DNA from: Euprymna scolopes
Lineage: Eukaryota
Assembly (NCBI GenBank): GCA_053919585.1
Contig: CM132827.1
Reading direction: 5' to 3' (one strand)
Length of the DNA: 64,000 nt
Position 1 is the stretch's first letter. Each line of letters begins with the position of its first letter. A model generated the notes under the pieces. That model saw nothing but the letters and a program-made list of their open reading frames with translations. It did no database searches and had not been told where the DNA came from. Below are positions 15,001 to 30,000 of the stretch, in pieces. Position numbers and translations under genes: made by a program.

Positions 15001-18000
15001 CATTCAAGCTTAACTTTGTCTAAAAAAATTGGGTGACACACAGACAAAGAATCAAAGTAAAATTACATTCAAGCTTAACTTTGTCTAAAAAAATTGGGTG
15101 ACACACAGACAAAGAATCAAAGTAAAATTACATTCAAGCTTAACTTTGTCTAAAAAAATTGGGTGACACACAGACAAAGAATCAAAGTAAAACTACATTC
15201 AAGCTTAACTTTGTCTAAAAAAATTGGGTGACACACAGACAAAGAATCAAAGTAAAATTACATACAAGCTTAACTTTGTCTAAAAAAATTGGGTGACACA
15301 CAGACAAAGAATCAAAGTAAAACTACATTCAAGCTTAACTTTGTCTAAAAAAATTGGGTGACACACAGACAAAGAATCAAAGTAAAATTACATTCAAGCT
15401 TAACTTTGTCTAAAAAAATTGGGTGACACACAGACAAAGAATCAAAGTAAAACTACATTCAAGCTTAACTTTGTCTAAAAAAATTGGGTGACACACAGAC
15501 AAAGAATCAAAGTAAAATTACATTCAAGCTTAACTTTGTCTAAAAAAATTGGGTGACACACAGACAAAGAATCAAAGTAAAACTACATTCAAGCTTAACT
15601 TTGTCTAAAAAAATTGGGTGACACACAGACAAAGAATCAAAGTAAAATTACATTCAAGCTTAACTTTGTCTAAAAAAATTGGGTGACACACAGACAAAGA
15701 ATCAAAGTAAAACTACATTCAAGCTTAACTTTGTCTAAAAAAATTGGGTGACACACAGACAAAGAATCAAAGTAAAACTACATTCAAGCTTAACTTTGTC
15801 TAAAAAAATTGGGTGACACACAGACAAAGAATCAAAGTAAAACTACATTCAAGCTTAACTTTGTCTAAAAAAATTGGGTGACACACAGACAAAGAATCAA
15901 AGTAAAATTACATTCAAGCTTAACTTTGTCTAAGAAAATTGGGTGACACACAGACAAAGAATCAAAGTAAAATTACATTCAAGCTTAACTTTGTCTAAAA
16001 AAATTGGGTGACACACAGACAAAGAATCAAAGTAAAATTACATTCAAGCTTAACTTTGTCTAAAAAAATTGGGTGACACACAGACAAAGAATCAAAGTAA
16101 AATTACATTCAAGCTTAACTTTGTCTAAAAAAATTGGGTGACACACAGACAAAGAATCAAAGAAAAATTACATTCAAGCTTAACTTTGTCTAAAAAAATT
16201 GGGTGACACACAGACAAAGAATCAAAGTAAAATTACATTCAAGCTTAACTTTGTCTAAAAAAATTGGGTGACACACAGACAAAGAAAGTAAAATTACATT
16301 CAAGCTTAACTTTGTCTAAAAAAATTGGGTGACACACAGACAAAGAATCAAAGTAAAATTACATTCAAGCTTAACTTTGTCTAAAAAAATTGGGTGACAC
16401 ACAGACAAAGAAAGTAAAATTACATTCAAGCTTAACTTTGTCTAAGAAAATTGGGTGACACACAGACAAAGAAAGTAAAATTACATTCAAGCTTAACTTT
16501 GTCTAAAAAAATTGGGTGACACACAGACAAAGAATCAAAGTAAAACTACATTCAAGCTTAACTTTGTCTAAAAAAATTGGGTGACACACAGACAAAGAAT
16601 CAAAGTAAAACTACATTCAAGCTTAACTTTGTCTAAAAAAATTGGGTGACACACAGACAAAGAATCAAAGTAAAATTACATTCAAGCTTAACTTTGTCTA
16701 AGAAAATTGGGTGACACACAGACAAAGAATCAAAGTAAAATTACATTCAAGCTTAACTTTGTCTAAAAAAATTGGGTGACACACAGACAAAGAATCAAAG
16801 TAAAATTACATTCAAGCTTAACTTTGTCTAAAAAAATTGGGTGACACACAGACAAAGAATCAAAGTAAAATTACATTCAAGCTTAACTTTGTCTAAAAAA
16901 ATTGGGTGACACACAGACAAAGAATCAAAGTAAAATTACATTCAAGCTTAACTTTGTCTAAAAAAATTGGGTGACACACAGACAAAGAATCAAAGTAAAA
17001 TTACATTCAAGCTTAACTTTGTCTAAAAAAATTGGGTGACACACAGACAAAGAAAGTAAAATTACATTCAAGCTTAACTTTGTCTAAAAAAATTGGGTGA
17101 CACACAGACAAAGAATCAAAGTAAAATTACATTCAAGCTTAACTTTGTCTAAAAAAATTGGGTGACACACAGACAAAGAAAGTAAAATTACATTCAAGCT
17201 TAACTTTGTCTAAGAAAATTGGGTGACACACAGACAAAGAAAGTAAAATTACATTCAAGCTTAACTTTGTCTAAAAAAATTGGGTGACACACAGACAAAG
17301 AATCAAAGTAAAATTACATTCAAGCTTAACTTTGTCTAAAAAATTGGGTGACACACAGACAAAGAATCAAAGTAAAATTACATTCAAGCTTAACTTTGTC
17401 TAAAAAAATTGGGTGACACACAGACAAAGAATCAAAGTAAAATTACATTCAAGCTTAACTTTGTCTAAAAAAATTGGGTGACACACAGACAAAGAATCAA
17501 AGTAAAATTACATTCAAGCTTAACTTTGTCTAAAAAAATTGGGTGACACACAGACAAAGAATCAAAGTAAAATTACATTCAAGCTTAACTTTGTCTAAAA
17601 AAATTGGGTGACACACAGACAAAGAATCAAAGTAAAATTACATTCAAGCTTAACTTTGTCTAAAAAAATTGGGTGACACACAGACAAAGAAAGTAAAATT
17701 ACATTCAAGCTTAACTTTGTCTAAAAAAATTGGGTGACACACAGACAAAGAATAAAAGTAAAATTACATTCAAGCTTAACTTTGTCTAAAAAAATTGGGT
17801 GACACACAGACAAAGAAAGTAAAATTACATTCAAGCTTAACTTTGTCTAAAAAAATTGGGTGACACACAGACAAAGAATCAAAGTAAAATTACATTCAAG
17901 CTTAACTTTGTCTAAAAAAATTGGGTGACACACAGACAAAGAATCAAAGTAAAATTACATTCAAGCTTAACTTTGTCTAAAAAAAATTGGGTGACACACA

Positions 18001-21000
18001 GACAAAGAAAAGTAAAATTACATTCAAGCTTAACTTTGTCTAAAAAACATTGGGTGACACACAGACAAAGAATCAAAGTAAAATTACATTCAAGCTTAAC
18101 TTTGTCTAAGAAAATTGGGTGACACACAGACAAAGAATCAAAGTAAAATTACATTCAAGCTTAACTTTGTCTAAAAAAATTGGGTGACACACAGACAAAG
18201 AATCAAAGTAAAATTACATTCAAGCTTAACTTTGTCTAAAAAAATTGGGTGACACACAGACAAAGAAAGTAAAATTACATTCAAGCTTAACTTTGTCTAA
18301 AAAAATTGGGTGACACACAGACAAAGAATCAAAGTAAAATTACATTCAAGCTTAACTTTGTCTAAAAAAATTGGGTGACACACAGACAAAGAAAAGTAAA
18401 ATTACATTCAAGCTTAACTTTGTCTAAAAAAATTGGGTGACACACAGACAAAGAAAAGTAAAATTACATTCAAGCTTAACTTTGTCTAAAAAAATTGGGT
18501 GACACACAGACAAAGAATCAAAGTAAAATTACATTCAAGCTTAACTTTGTCTAAAAAATTGGGTGACACACAGACAAAGAATCAAAGTAAAATTACATTC
18601 AAGCTTAACTTTGTCTAAAAAAATTGGGTGACACACAGACAAAGAATCAAAGTAAAATTACATTCAAGCTTAACTTTGTCTAAAAAAATTGGGTGACACA
18701 CAGACAAAGAATCAAAGTAAAATTACATTCAAGCTTAACTTTGTCTAAAAAAATTGGGTGACACACAGACAAAGAATCAAAGTAAAATTACATTCAAGCT
18801 TAACTTTGTCTAAAAAAATTGGGTGACACACAGACAAAGAATCAAAGTAAAATTACATTCAAGCTTAACTTTGTCTAAAAAAATTGGGTGACACACAGAC
18901 AAAGAATCAAAGTAAAATTACATTCAAGCTTAACTTTGTCTAAAAAAATTGGGTGACACACAGACAAAGAATCAAAGTAAAATTACATTCAAGCTTAACT
19001 TTGTCTAAAAAAATTGGGTGACACACAGACAAAGAATCAAAGTAAAATTACATTCAAGCTTAACTTTGTCTAAAAAAATTGGGTGACACACAGACAAAGA
19101 ATCAAAGTAAAATTACATTCAAGCTTAACTTTGTCTAAAAAAATTGGGTGACACACAGACAAAGAATCAAAGTAAAATTACATTCAAGCTTAACTTTGTC
19201 TAAAAAAATTGGGTGACACACAGACAAAGAATCAAAGTAAAATTACATTCAAGCTTAACTTTGTCTAAAAAAATTGGGTGACACACAGACAAAGAATCAA
19301 AGTAAAATTACATTCAAGCTTAACTTTGTCTAAAAAAATTGGGTGACACACAGACAAAGAATCAAAGTAAAATTACATTCAAGCTTAACTTTGTCTAAAA
19401 AAATTGGGTGACACACAGACAAAGAATCAAAGTAAAATTACATTCAAGCTTAACTTTGTCTAAAAAAATTGGGTGACACACAGACAAAGAATCAAAGTAA
19501 AATTACATTCAAGCTTAACTTTGTCTAAAAAAATTGGGTGACACACAGACAAAGAATCAAAGTAAAATTACATTCAAGCTTAACTTTGTCTAAAAAAATT
19601 GGGTGACACACAGACAAAGAATCAAAGTAAAATTACATTCAAGCTTAACTTTGTCTAAAAAAATTGGGTGACACACAGACAAAGAATCAAAGTAAAATTA
19701 CATTCAAGCTTAACTTTGTCTAAAAAAATTGGGTGACACACAGACAAAGAATCAAAGTAAAATTACATTCAAGCTTAACTTTGTCTAAAAAAATTGGGTG
19801 ACACACAGACAAAGAATCAAAGTAAAACTACATTCAAGCTTAACTTTGTCTAAAAAAATTGGGTGACACACAGACAAAGAATCAAAGTAAAATTACATTC
19901 AAGCTTAACTTTGTCTAAAAAAATTGGGTGACACACAGACAAAGAATCAAAGTAAAATTACATTCAAGCTTAACTTTGTCTAAAAAAATTGGGTGACACA
20001 CAGACAAAGAATCAAAGTAAAATTACATTCAAGCTTAACTTTGTCTAAAAAAATTGGGTGACACACAGACAAAGAATCAAAGTAAAATTACATTCAAGCT
20101 TAACTTTGTCTAAAAAAATTGGGTGACACACAGANNNNNNNNNNNNNNNNNNNNNNNNNNNNNNNNNNNNNNNNNNNNNNNNNNNNNNNNNNNNNNNNNN
20201 NNNNNNNNNNNNNNNNNNNNNNNNNNNNNNNNNNACACAGACAAAGAAAGTAAAATTACATTCAAGCTTAACTTTGTCTAAAAAAATTGGGTGACACACA
20301 GACAAAGAATCAAAGTAAAATTACATTCAAGCTTAACTTTGTCTAAAAAAATTGGGTGACACACAGACAAAGAAAGTAAAAATTACATTCAAGCTTAACT
20401 TTGTCTAAAAAAATTGGGTGACACACAGACAAAGAAAGTAAAATTACATTCAAGCTTAACTTTGTCTAAAAAAATTGGGTGACACACAGACAAAGAATCA
20501 AAGTAAAATTACATTCAAGCTTAACTTTGTCTAAAAAAATTGGGTGACACACAGACAAAGAATCAAAGTAAAATTACATTCAAGCTTAACTTTGTCTAAA
20601 AAAATTGGGTGACACACAGACAAAGAATCAAAGTAAAATTACATTCAAGCTTAACTTTGTCTAAAAAAATTGGGTGACACACAGACAAAGAATCAAAGTA
20701 AAATTACATTCAAGCTTAACTTTGTCTAAAAAAATTGGGTGACACACAGACAAAGAATCAAAGTAAAATTACATTCAAGCTTAACTTTGTCTAAAAAAAA
20801 TTGGGTGACACACAGACAAAGAATCAAAGTAAAATTACATTCAAGCTTAACTTTGTCTAAAAAAATTGGGTGACACACAGACAAAGAAAGTAAAATTACA
20901 TTCAAGCTTAACTTTGTCTAAAAAAATTGGGTGACACACAGACAAAGAATAAAAGTAAAATTGCATTCAAGCTTAACTTTGTCTAAAAAAATTGGGTGAC

Positions 21001-24000
21001 ACACAGACAAAGAAAGTAAAATTACATTCAAGCTTAACTTTGTCTAAAAAAATTGGGGTGACACACAGACAAAGAATCAAAGTAAAATTACATTCAAGCT
21101 TAACTTTGTCTAAAAAAATTGGGTGACACACAGACAAAGAATCAAAGTAAAATTACATTCAAGCTTAACTTTGTCTAAAAAAATTGGGTGACACACAGAC
21201 AAAGAAAGTAAAATTACATTCAAGCTTAACTTTGTCTAAAAACATTGGGTGACACACAGACAAAGAATCAAAGTAAAATTACATTCAAGCTTAACTTTGT
21301 CTAAGAAAATTGGGTGACACACAGACAAAGAATCAAAGTAAAATTACATTCAAGCTTAACTTTGTCTAAAAAAATTGGGTGACACACAGACAAAGAATCA
21401 AAGTAAAATTACATTCAAGCTTAACTTTGTCTAAAAAAATTGGGTGACACACAGACAAAGAAAGTAAAATTACATTCAAGCTTAACTTTGTCTAAAAAAA
21501 ATTGGGTGACACACAGACAAAGAATCAAAGTAAAATTACATTCAAGCTTAACTTTGTCTAAAAAAATTGGGTGACACACAGACAAAGAAAGTAAAATTAC
21601 ATTCAAGCTTAACTTTGTCTAAAAAAATTGGGTGACACACAGACAAAGAAAGTAAAATTACATTCAAGCTTAACTTTGTCTAAAAAAATTGGGTGACACA
21701 CAGACAAAGAATCAAAGTAAAATTACATTCAAGCTTAACTTTGTCTAAAAAATTGGGTGACACACAGACAAAGAATCAAAGTAAAATTACATTCAAGCTT
21801 AACTTTGTCTAAAAAAATTGGGTGACACACAGACAAAGAATCAAAGTAAAATTACATTCAAGCTTAACTTTGTCTAAAAAAATTGGGTGACACACAGACA
21901 AAGAATCAAAGTAAAATTACATTCAAGCTTAACTTTGTCTAAAAAAATTGGGTGACACACAGACAAAGAATCAAAGTAAAATTACATTCAAGCTTAACTT
22001 TGTCTAAAAAAATTGGGTGACACACAGACAAAGAATCAAAGTAAAATTACATTCAAGCTTAACTTTGTCGAAAAAATTGGGTGACACACAGACAAAGAAT
22101 CAAAGTAAAATTACATTCAAGCTTAACTTTGTCTAAAAAAATTGGGTGACACACAGACAAAAGAATCAAAGTAAAATTACATTCAAGCTTAACTTTGTCT
22201 AAAAAAATTGGGTGACACACAGACAAAGAATCAAAGTAAAATTACATTCAAGCTTAACTTTGTCTAAAAAAATTGGGTGACACACAGACAAAGAATCAAA
22301 GTAAAACTACATTCAAGCTTAACTTTGTCTAAAAAAATTGGGTGACACACAGACAAAGAATCAAAGTAAAATTACATTCAAGCTTAACTTTGTCTAAAAA
22401 AATTGGGTGACACACAGACAAAGAATCAAAGTAAAATTACATTCAAGCTTAACTTTGTCTAAAAAAATTGGGTGACACACAGACAAAGAATCAAAGTAAA
22501 ATTACATTCAAGCTTAACTTTGTCTAAAAAAATTGGGTGACACACAGACAAAGAATCAAAGTAAAACTACATTCAAGCTTAACTTTGTCTAAAATAATTG
22601 GGTGACACACAGACAAAGAATCAAAGTAAAATTACATTCAAGCTTAACTTTGTCTAAAAAAATTGGGTGACACACAGACAAAGAATCAAAGTAAAATTAC
22701 ATTCAAGCTTAACTTTGTCTAAAAAAATTGGGTGACACACAGACAAAGAATCAAAGTAAAATTACATTCAAGCTTAACTTTGTCTAAAAAAATTGGGTGA
22801 CACACAGACAAAGAATCAAAGTAAAATTACATTCAAGCTTAACTTTGTCTAAAAAAATTGGGTGACACACAGACAAAGAATCAAAGTAAAATTACATTCA
22901 AGCTTAACTTTGTCTAAAAAAATTGGGTGACACACAGACAAAGAATCAAAGTAAAATTACATTCAAGCTTAACTTTGTCTAAAAAAATTGGGTGACACAC
23001 AGACAAAGAATCAAAGTAAAATTACATTCAAGCTTAACTTTGTCTAAAAAAATTGGGTGACACACAGACAAAGAATCAAAGTAAAATTACATTCAAGCTT
23101 AACTTTGTCTAAAAAAATTGGGTGACACACAGACAAAGAATCAAAGTAAAACTACATTCAAGCTTAACTTTGTCTAAAAAAATTGGGTGACACACAGACA
23201 AAGAATCAAAGTAAAATTACATTCAAGCTTAACTTTGTCTAAAAAAATTGGGTGACACACAGACAAAGAATCAAAGTAAAATTACATTCAAGCTTAACTT
23301 TGTCTAAAAAAATTGGGTGACACACAGACAAAGAATCAAAGTAAAATTACATTCAAGCTTAACTTTGTCTAAAAAAATTAGGTGACACACAGACAAAGAA
23401 TCAAAGTAAAACTACATTCAAGCTTAACTTTGTCTAAAATAATTGGGTGACACACAGACAAAGAATCAAAGTAAAATTACATTCAAGCTTAACTTTGTCT
23501 AAAAAAATTGGGTGACACACAGACAAAGAATCAAAGTAAAATTACATTCAAGCTTAACTTTGTCTAAAAAAATTGGGTGACACACAGACAAAGAATCAAA
23601 GTAAAATTACATTCAAGCTTAACTTTGTCTAAAAAAATTGGGTGACACACAGACAAAGAATCAAAGTAAAATTACATTCAAGCTTAACTTTGTCTAAAAA
23701 AATTGGGTGACACACAGACAAAGAATCAAAGTAAAATTACATTCAAGATTAACTTTGTCTAAAAAAATTGGGTGACACACAGACAAAGAATCAAAGTAAA
23801 ATTACATTCAAGCTTAACTTTGTCTAAAAAAATTGGGTGACACACAGACAAAGAATCAAAGTAAAATTACATTCAAGCTTAACTTTGTCTAAAAAAATTG
23901 GGTGACACACAGACAAAGAATCAAAGTAAAATTACATTCAAGCTTAACTTTGTCTAAAAAAATTGGGTGACACACAGACAAAGAATCAAAGTAAAATTAC

Positions 24001-27000
24001 ATTCAAGCTTAACTTTGTCTAAAAAAATTGGGTGACACACAGACAAAGAATCAAAGTAAAACTACATTCAAGCTTAACTTTGTCTAAAAAAATTGGGTGA
24101 CACACAGACAAAGAATCAAAGTAAAATTACATTCAAGCTTAACTTTGTCTAAAAAAATTGGGTGACACACAGACAAAGAATCAAAGTAAAACTACATTCA
24201 AGCTTAACTTTGTCTAAAAAAATTGGGTGACACACAGACAAAGAATCAAAGTAAAATTACATTCAAGCTTAACTTTGTCTAAAAAAATTGGGTGACACAC
24301 AGACAAAGAATCAAAGTAAAATTACATTCAAGCTTAACTTTGTCTAAAAAAATTGGGTGACACACAGACAAAGAATCAAAGTAAAACTACATTCAAGCTT
24401 AACTTTGTCTAAAAAAATTGGGTGACACACAGACAAAGAATCAAAGTAAAATTACATTCAAGCTTAACTTTGTCTAAAAAAATTGGGTGACACACAGACA
24501 AAGAATCAAAGTAAAACTACATTCAAGCTTAACTTTGTCTAAAAAAATTGGGTGACACACAGACAAAGAATCAAAGTAAAATTACATTCAAGCTTAACTT
24601 TGTCTAAAAAAATTGGGTGACACACAGACAAAGAATCAAAGTAAAATTACATTCAAGCTTAACTTTGTCTAAAAAAATTGGGTGACACACAGACAAAGAA
24701 TCAAAGTAAAACTACATTCAAGCTTAACTTTGTCTAAAAAAATTGGGTGACACACAGACAAAGAATCAAAGTAAAATTACATACAAGCTTAACTTTGTCT
24801 AAAAAAATTGGGTGACACACAGACAAAGAATCAAAGTAAAACTACATTCAAGCTTAACTTTGTCTAAAAAAATTGGGTGACACACAGACAAAGAATCAAA
24901 GTAAAATTACATTCAAGCTTAACTTTGTCTAAAAAAATTGGGTGACACACAGACAAAGAATCAAAGTAAAACTACATTCAAGCTTAACTTTGTCTAAAAA
25001 AATTGGGTGACACACAGACAAAGAATCAAAGTAAAATTACATTCAAGCTTAACTTTGTCTAAAAAAATTGGGTGACACACAGACAAAGAATCAAAGTAAA
25101 ACTACATTCAAGCTTAACTTTGTCTAAAAAAATTGGGTGACACACAGACAAAGAATCAAAGTAAAATTACATTCAAGCTTAACTTTGTCTAAAAAAATTG
25201 GGTGACACACAGACAAAGAATCAAAGTAAAACTACATTCAAGCTTAACTTTGTCTAAAAAAATTGGGTGACACACAGACAAAGAATCAAAGTAAAACTAC
25301 ATTCAAGCTTAACTTTGTCTAAAAAAATTGGGTGACACACAGACAAAGAATCAAAGTAAAACTACATTCAAGCTTAACTTTGTCTAAAAAAATTGGGTGA
25401 CACACAGACAAAGAATCAAAGTAAAATTACATTCAAGCTTAACTTTGTCTAAGAAAATTGGGTGACACACAGACAAAGAATCAAAGTAAAATTACATTCA
25501 AGCTTAACTTTGTCTAAAAAAATTGGGTGACACACAGACAAAGAATCAAAGTAAAATTACATTCAAGCTTAACTTTGTCTAAAAAAATTGGGTGACACAC
25601 AGACAAAGAATCAAAGTAAAATTACATTCAAGCTTAACTTTGTCTAAAAAAATTGGGTGACACACAGACAAAGAATCAAAGAAAAATTACATTCAAGCTT
25701 AACTTTGTCTAAAAAAATTGGGTGACACACAGACAAAGAATCAAAGTAAAATTACATTCAAGCTTAACTTTGTCTAAAAAAATTGGGTGACACACAGACA
25801 AAGAAAGTAAAATTACATTCAAGCTTAACTTTGTCTAAAAAAATTGGGTGACACACAGACAAAGAATCAAAGTAAAATTACATTCAAGCTTAACTTTGTC
25901 TAAAAAAATTGGGTGACACACAGACAAAGAAAGTAAAATTACATTCAAGCTTAACTTTGTCTAAGAAAATTGGGTGACACACAGACAAAGAAAGTAAAAT
26001 TACATTCAAGCTTAACTTTGTCTAAAAAAATTGGGTGACACACAGACAAAGAATCAAAGTAAAACTACATTCAAGCTTAACTTTGTCTAAAAAAATTGGG
26101 TGACACACAGACAAAGAATCAAAGTAAAACTACATTCAAGCTTAACTTTGTCTAAAAAAATTGGGTGACACACAGACAAAGAATCAAAGTAAAATTACAT
26201 TCAAGCTTAACTTTGTCTAAGAAAATTGGGTGACACACAGACAAAGAATCAAAGTAAAATTACATTCAAGCTTAACTTTGTCTAAAAAAATTGGGTGACA
26301 CACAGACAAAGAATCAAAGTAAAATTACATTCAAGCTTAACTTTGTCTAAAAAAATTGGGTGACACACAGACAAAGAATCAAAGTAAAATTACATTCAAG
26401 CTTAACTTTGTCTAAAAAAATTGGGTGACACACAGACAAAGAATCAAAGAAAAATTACATTCAAGCTTAACTTTGTCTAAAAAAATTGGGTGACACACAG
26501 ACAAAGAATCAAAGTAAAATTACATTCAAGCTTAACTTTGTCTAAAAAAATTGGGTGACACACAGACAAAGAAAGTAAAATTACATTCAAGCTTAACTTT
26601 GTCTAAAAAAATTGGGTGACACACAGACAAAGAATCAAAGTAAAATTACATTCAAGCTTAACTTTGTCTAAAAAAATTGGGTGACACACAGACAAAGAAA
26701 GTAAAATTACATTCAAGCTTAACTTTGTCTAAGAAAATTGGGTGACACACAGACAAAGAAAGTAAAATTACATTCAAGCTTAACTTTGTCTAAAAAAATT
26801 GGGTGACACACAGACAAAGAATCAAAGTAAAATTACATTCAAGCTTAACTTTGTCTAAAAAATTGGGTGACACACAGACAAAGAATCAAAGTAAAATTAC
26901 ATTCAAGCTTAACTTTGTCTAAAAAAATTGGGTGACACACAGACAAAGAATCAAAGTAAAATTACATTCAAGCTTAACTTTGTCTAAAAAAATTGGGTGA

Positions 27001-30000
27001 CACACAGACAAAGAATCAAAGTAAAATTACATTCAAGCTTAACTTTGTCTAAAAAAATTGGGTGACACACAGACAAAGAATCAAAGTAAAATTACATTCA
27101 AGCTTAACTTTGTCTAAAAAAATTGGGTGACACACAGACAAAGAATCAAAGTAAAATTACATTCAAGCTTAACTTTGTCTAAAAAAATTGGGTGACACAC
27201 AGACAAAGAAAGTAAAATTACATTCAAGCTTAACTTTGTCTAAAAAAATTGGGTGACACACAGACAAAGAATAAAAGTAAAATTACATTCAAGCTTAACT
27301 TTGTCTAAAAAAATTGGGTGACACACAGACAAAGAAAGTAAAATTACATTCAAGCTTAACTTTGTCTAAAAAAATTGGGTGACACACAGACAAAGAATCA
27401 AAGTAAAATTACATTCAAGCTTAACTTTGTCTAAAAAAATTGGGTGACACACAGACAAAGAATCAAAGTAAAATTACATTCAAGCTTAACTTTGTCTAAA
27501 AAAAATTGGGTGACACACAGACAAAGAAAGTAAAATTACATTCAAGCTTAACTTTGTCTAAAAAACATTGGGTGACACACAGACAAAGAATCAAAGTAAA
27601 ATTACATTCAAGCTTAACTTTGTCTAAGAAAATTGGGTGACACACAGACAAAGAATCAAAGTAAAATTACATTCAAGCTTAACTTTGTCTAAAAAAATTG
27701 GGTGACACACAGACAAAGAATCAAAGTAAAATTACATTCAAGCTTAACTTTGTCTAAAAAAATTGGGTGACACACAGACAAAGAAAGTAAAATTACATTC
27801 AAGCTTAACTTTGTCTAAAAAAATTGGGTGACACACAGACAAAGAATCAAAGTAAAATTACATTCAAGCTTAACTTTGTCTAAAAAAATTGGGTGACACA
27901 CAGACAAAGAAAGTAAAATTACATTCAAGCTTAACTTTGTCTAAAAAAATTGGGTGACACACAGACAAAGAAAGTAAAATTACATTCAAGCTTAACTTTG
28001 TCTAAAAAAATTGGGTGACACACAGACAAAGAATCAAAGTAAAATTACATTCAAGCTTAACTTTGTCTAAAAAATTGGGTGACACACAGACAAAGAATCA
28101 AAGTAAAATTACATTCAAGCTTAACTTTGTCTAAAAAAATTGGGTGACACACAGACAAAGAATCAAAGTAAAATTACATTCAAGCTTAACTTTGTCTAAA
28201 AAAATTGGGTGACACACAGACAAAGAATCAAAGTAAAATTACATTCAAGCTTAACTTTGTCTAAAAAAATTGGGTGACACACAGACAAAGAATCAAAGTA
28301 AAATTACATTCAAGCTTAACTTTGTCTAAAAAAATTGGGTGACACACAGACAAAGAATCAAAGTAAAATTACATTCAAGCTTAACTTTGTCTAAAATAAT
28401 TGGGTGACACACAGACAAAGAATCAAAGTAAAATTACATTCAAGCTTAACTTTGTCTAAAAAAATTGGGTGACACACAGACAAAGAATCAAAGTAAAATT
28501 ACATTCAAGCTTAACTTTGTCTAAAAAAATTGGGTGACACACAGACAAAGAATCAAAGTAAAATTACATTCAAGCTTAACTTTGTCTAAAAAAAATTGGG
28601 TGACACACAGACAAAGAATCAAAGTAAAACTACATTCAAGCTTAACTTTGTCTAAAAAAATTGGGTGACACACAGACAAAGAATCAAAGTAAAATTACAT
28701 TCAAGCTTAACTTTGTCTAAAAAAATTGGGTGACACACAGACAAAGAATCAAAGTAAAATTACATTCAAGCTTAACTTTGTCTAAAAAAATTGGGTGACA
28801 CACAGACAAAGAATCAAAGTAAAACTACATTCAAGCTTAACTTTGTCTAAAATAATTGGGTGACACACAGACAAAGAATCAAAGTAAAATTACATTCAAG
28901 CTTAACTTTGTCTAAAAAAATTGGGTGACACACAGACAAAGAATCAAAGTAAAATTACATTCAAGCTTAACTTTGTCTAAAAAAATTGGGTGACACACAG
29001 ACAAAGAATCAAAGTAAAATTACATTCAAGCTTAACTTTGTCTAAAAAAATTGGGTGACACACAGACAAAGAATCAAAGTAAAATTACATTCAAGCTTAA
29101 CTTTGTCTAAAAAAATTGGGTGACACACAGACAAAGAATCAAAGTAAAATTACATTCAAGCTTAACTTTGTCTAAAAAAATTGGGTGACACACAGACAAA
29201 GAATCAAAGTAAAATTACATTCAAGCTTAACTTTGTCTAAAAAAATTGGGTGACACACAGACAAAGAATCAAAGTAAAATTACATTCAAGCTTAACTTTG
29301 TCTAAAAAATTGGGTGACACACAGACAAAGAATCAAAGTAAAATTACATTCAAGCTTAACTTTGTCTAAAAAAATTGGGTGACACACAGACAAAGAATCA
29401 AAGTAAAATTACATTCAAGCTTAACTTTGTCTAAAAAAATTGGGTGACACACAGACAAAGAATCAAAGTAAAACTACATTCAAGCTTAACTTTGTCTAAA
29501 AAAATTGGGTGACACACAGACAAAGAATCAAAGTAAAATTACATTCAAGCTTAACTTTGTCTAAAAAAATTGGGTGACACACAGACAAAGAATCAAAGTA
29601 AAACTACATTCAAGCTTAACTTTGTCTAAAAAAATTGGGTGACACACAGACAAAGAATCAAAGTAAAATTACATTCAAGCTTAACTTTGTCTAAAAAAAT
29701 TGGGTGACACACAGACAAAGAATCAAAGTAAAATTACATTCAAGCTTAACTTTGTCTAAAAAAATTGGGTGACACACAGACAAAGAATCAAAGTAAAACT
29801 ACATTCAAGCTTAACTTTGTCTAAAAAAATTGGGTGACACACAGACAAAGAATCAAAGTAAAATTACATTCAAGCTTAACTTTGTCTAAAAAAATTGGGT
29901 GACACACAGACAAAGAATCAAAGTAAAACTACATTCAAGCTTAACTTTGTCTAAAAAAATTGGGTGACACACAGACAAAGAATCAAAGTAAAATTACATT

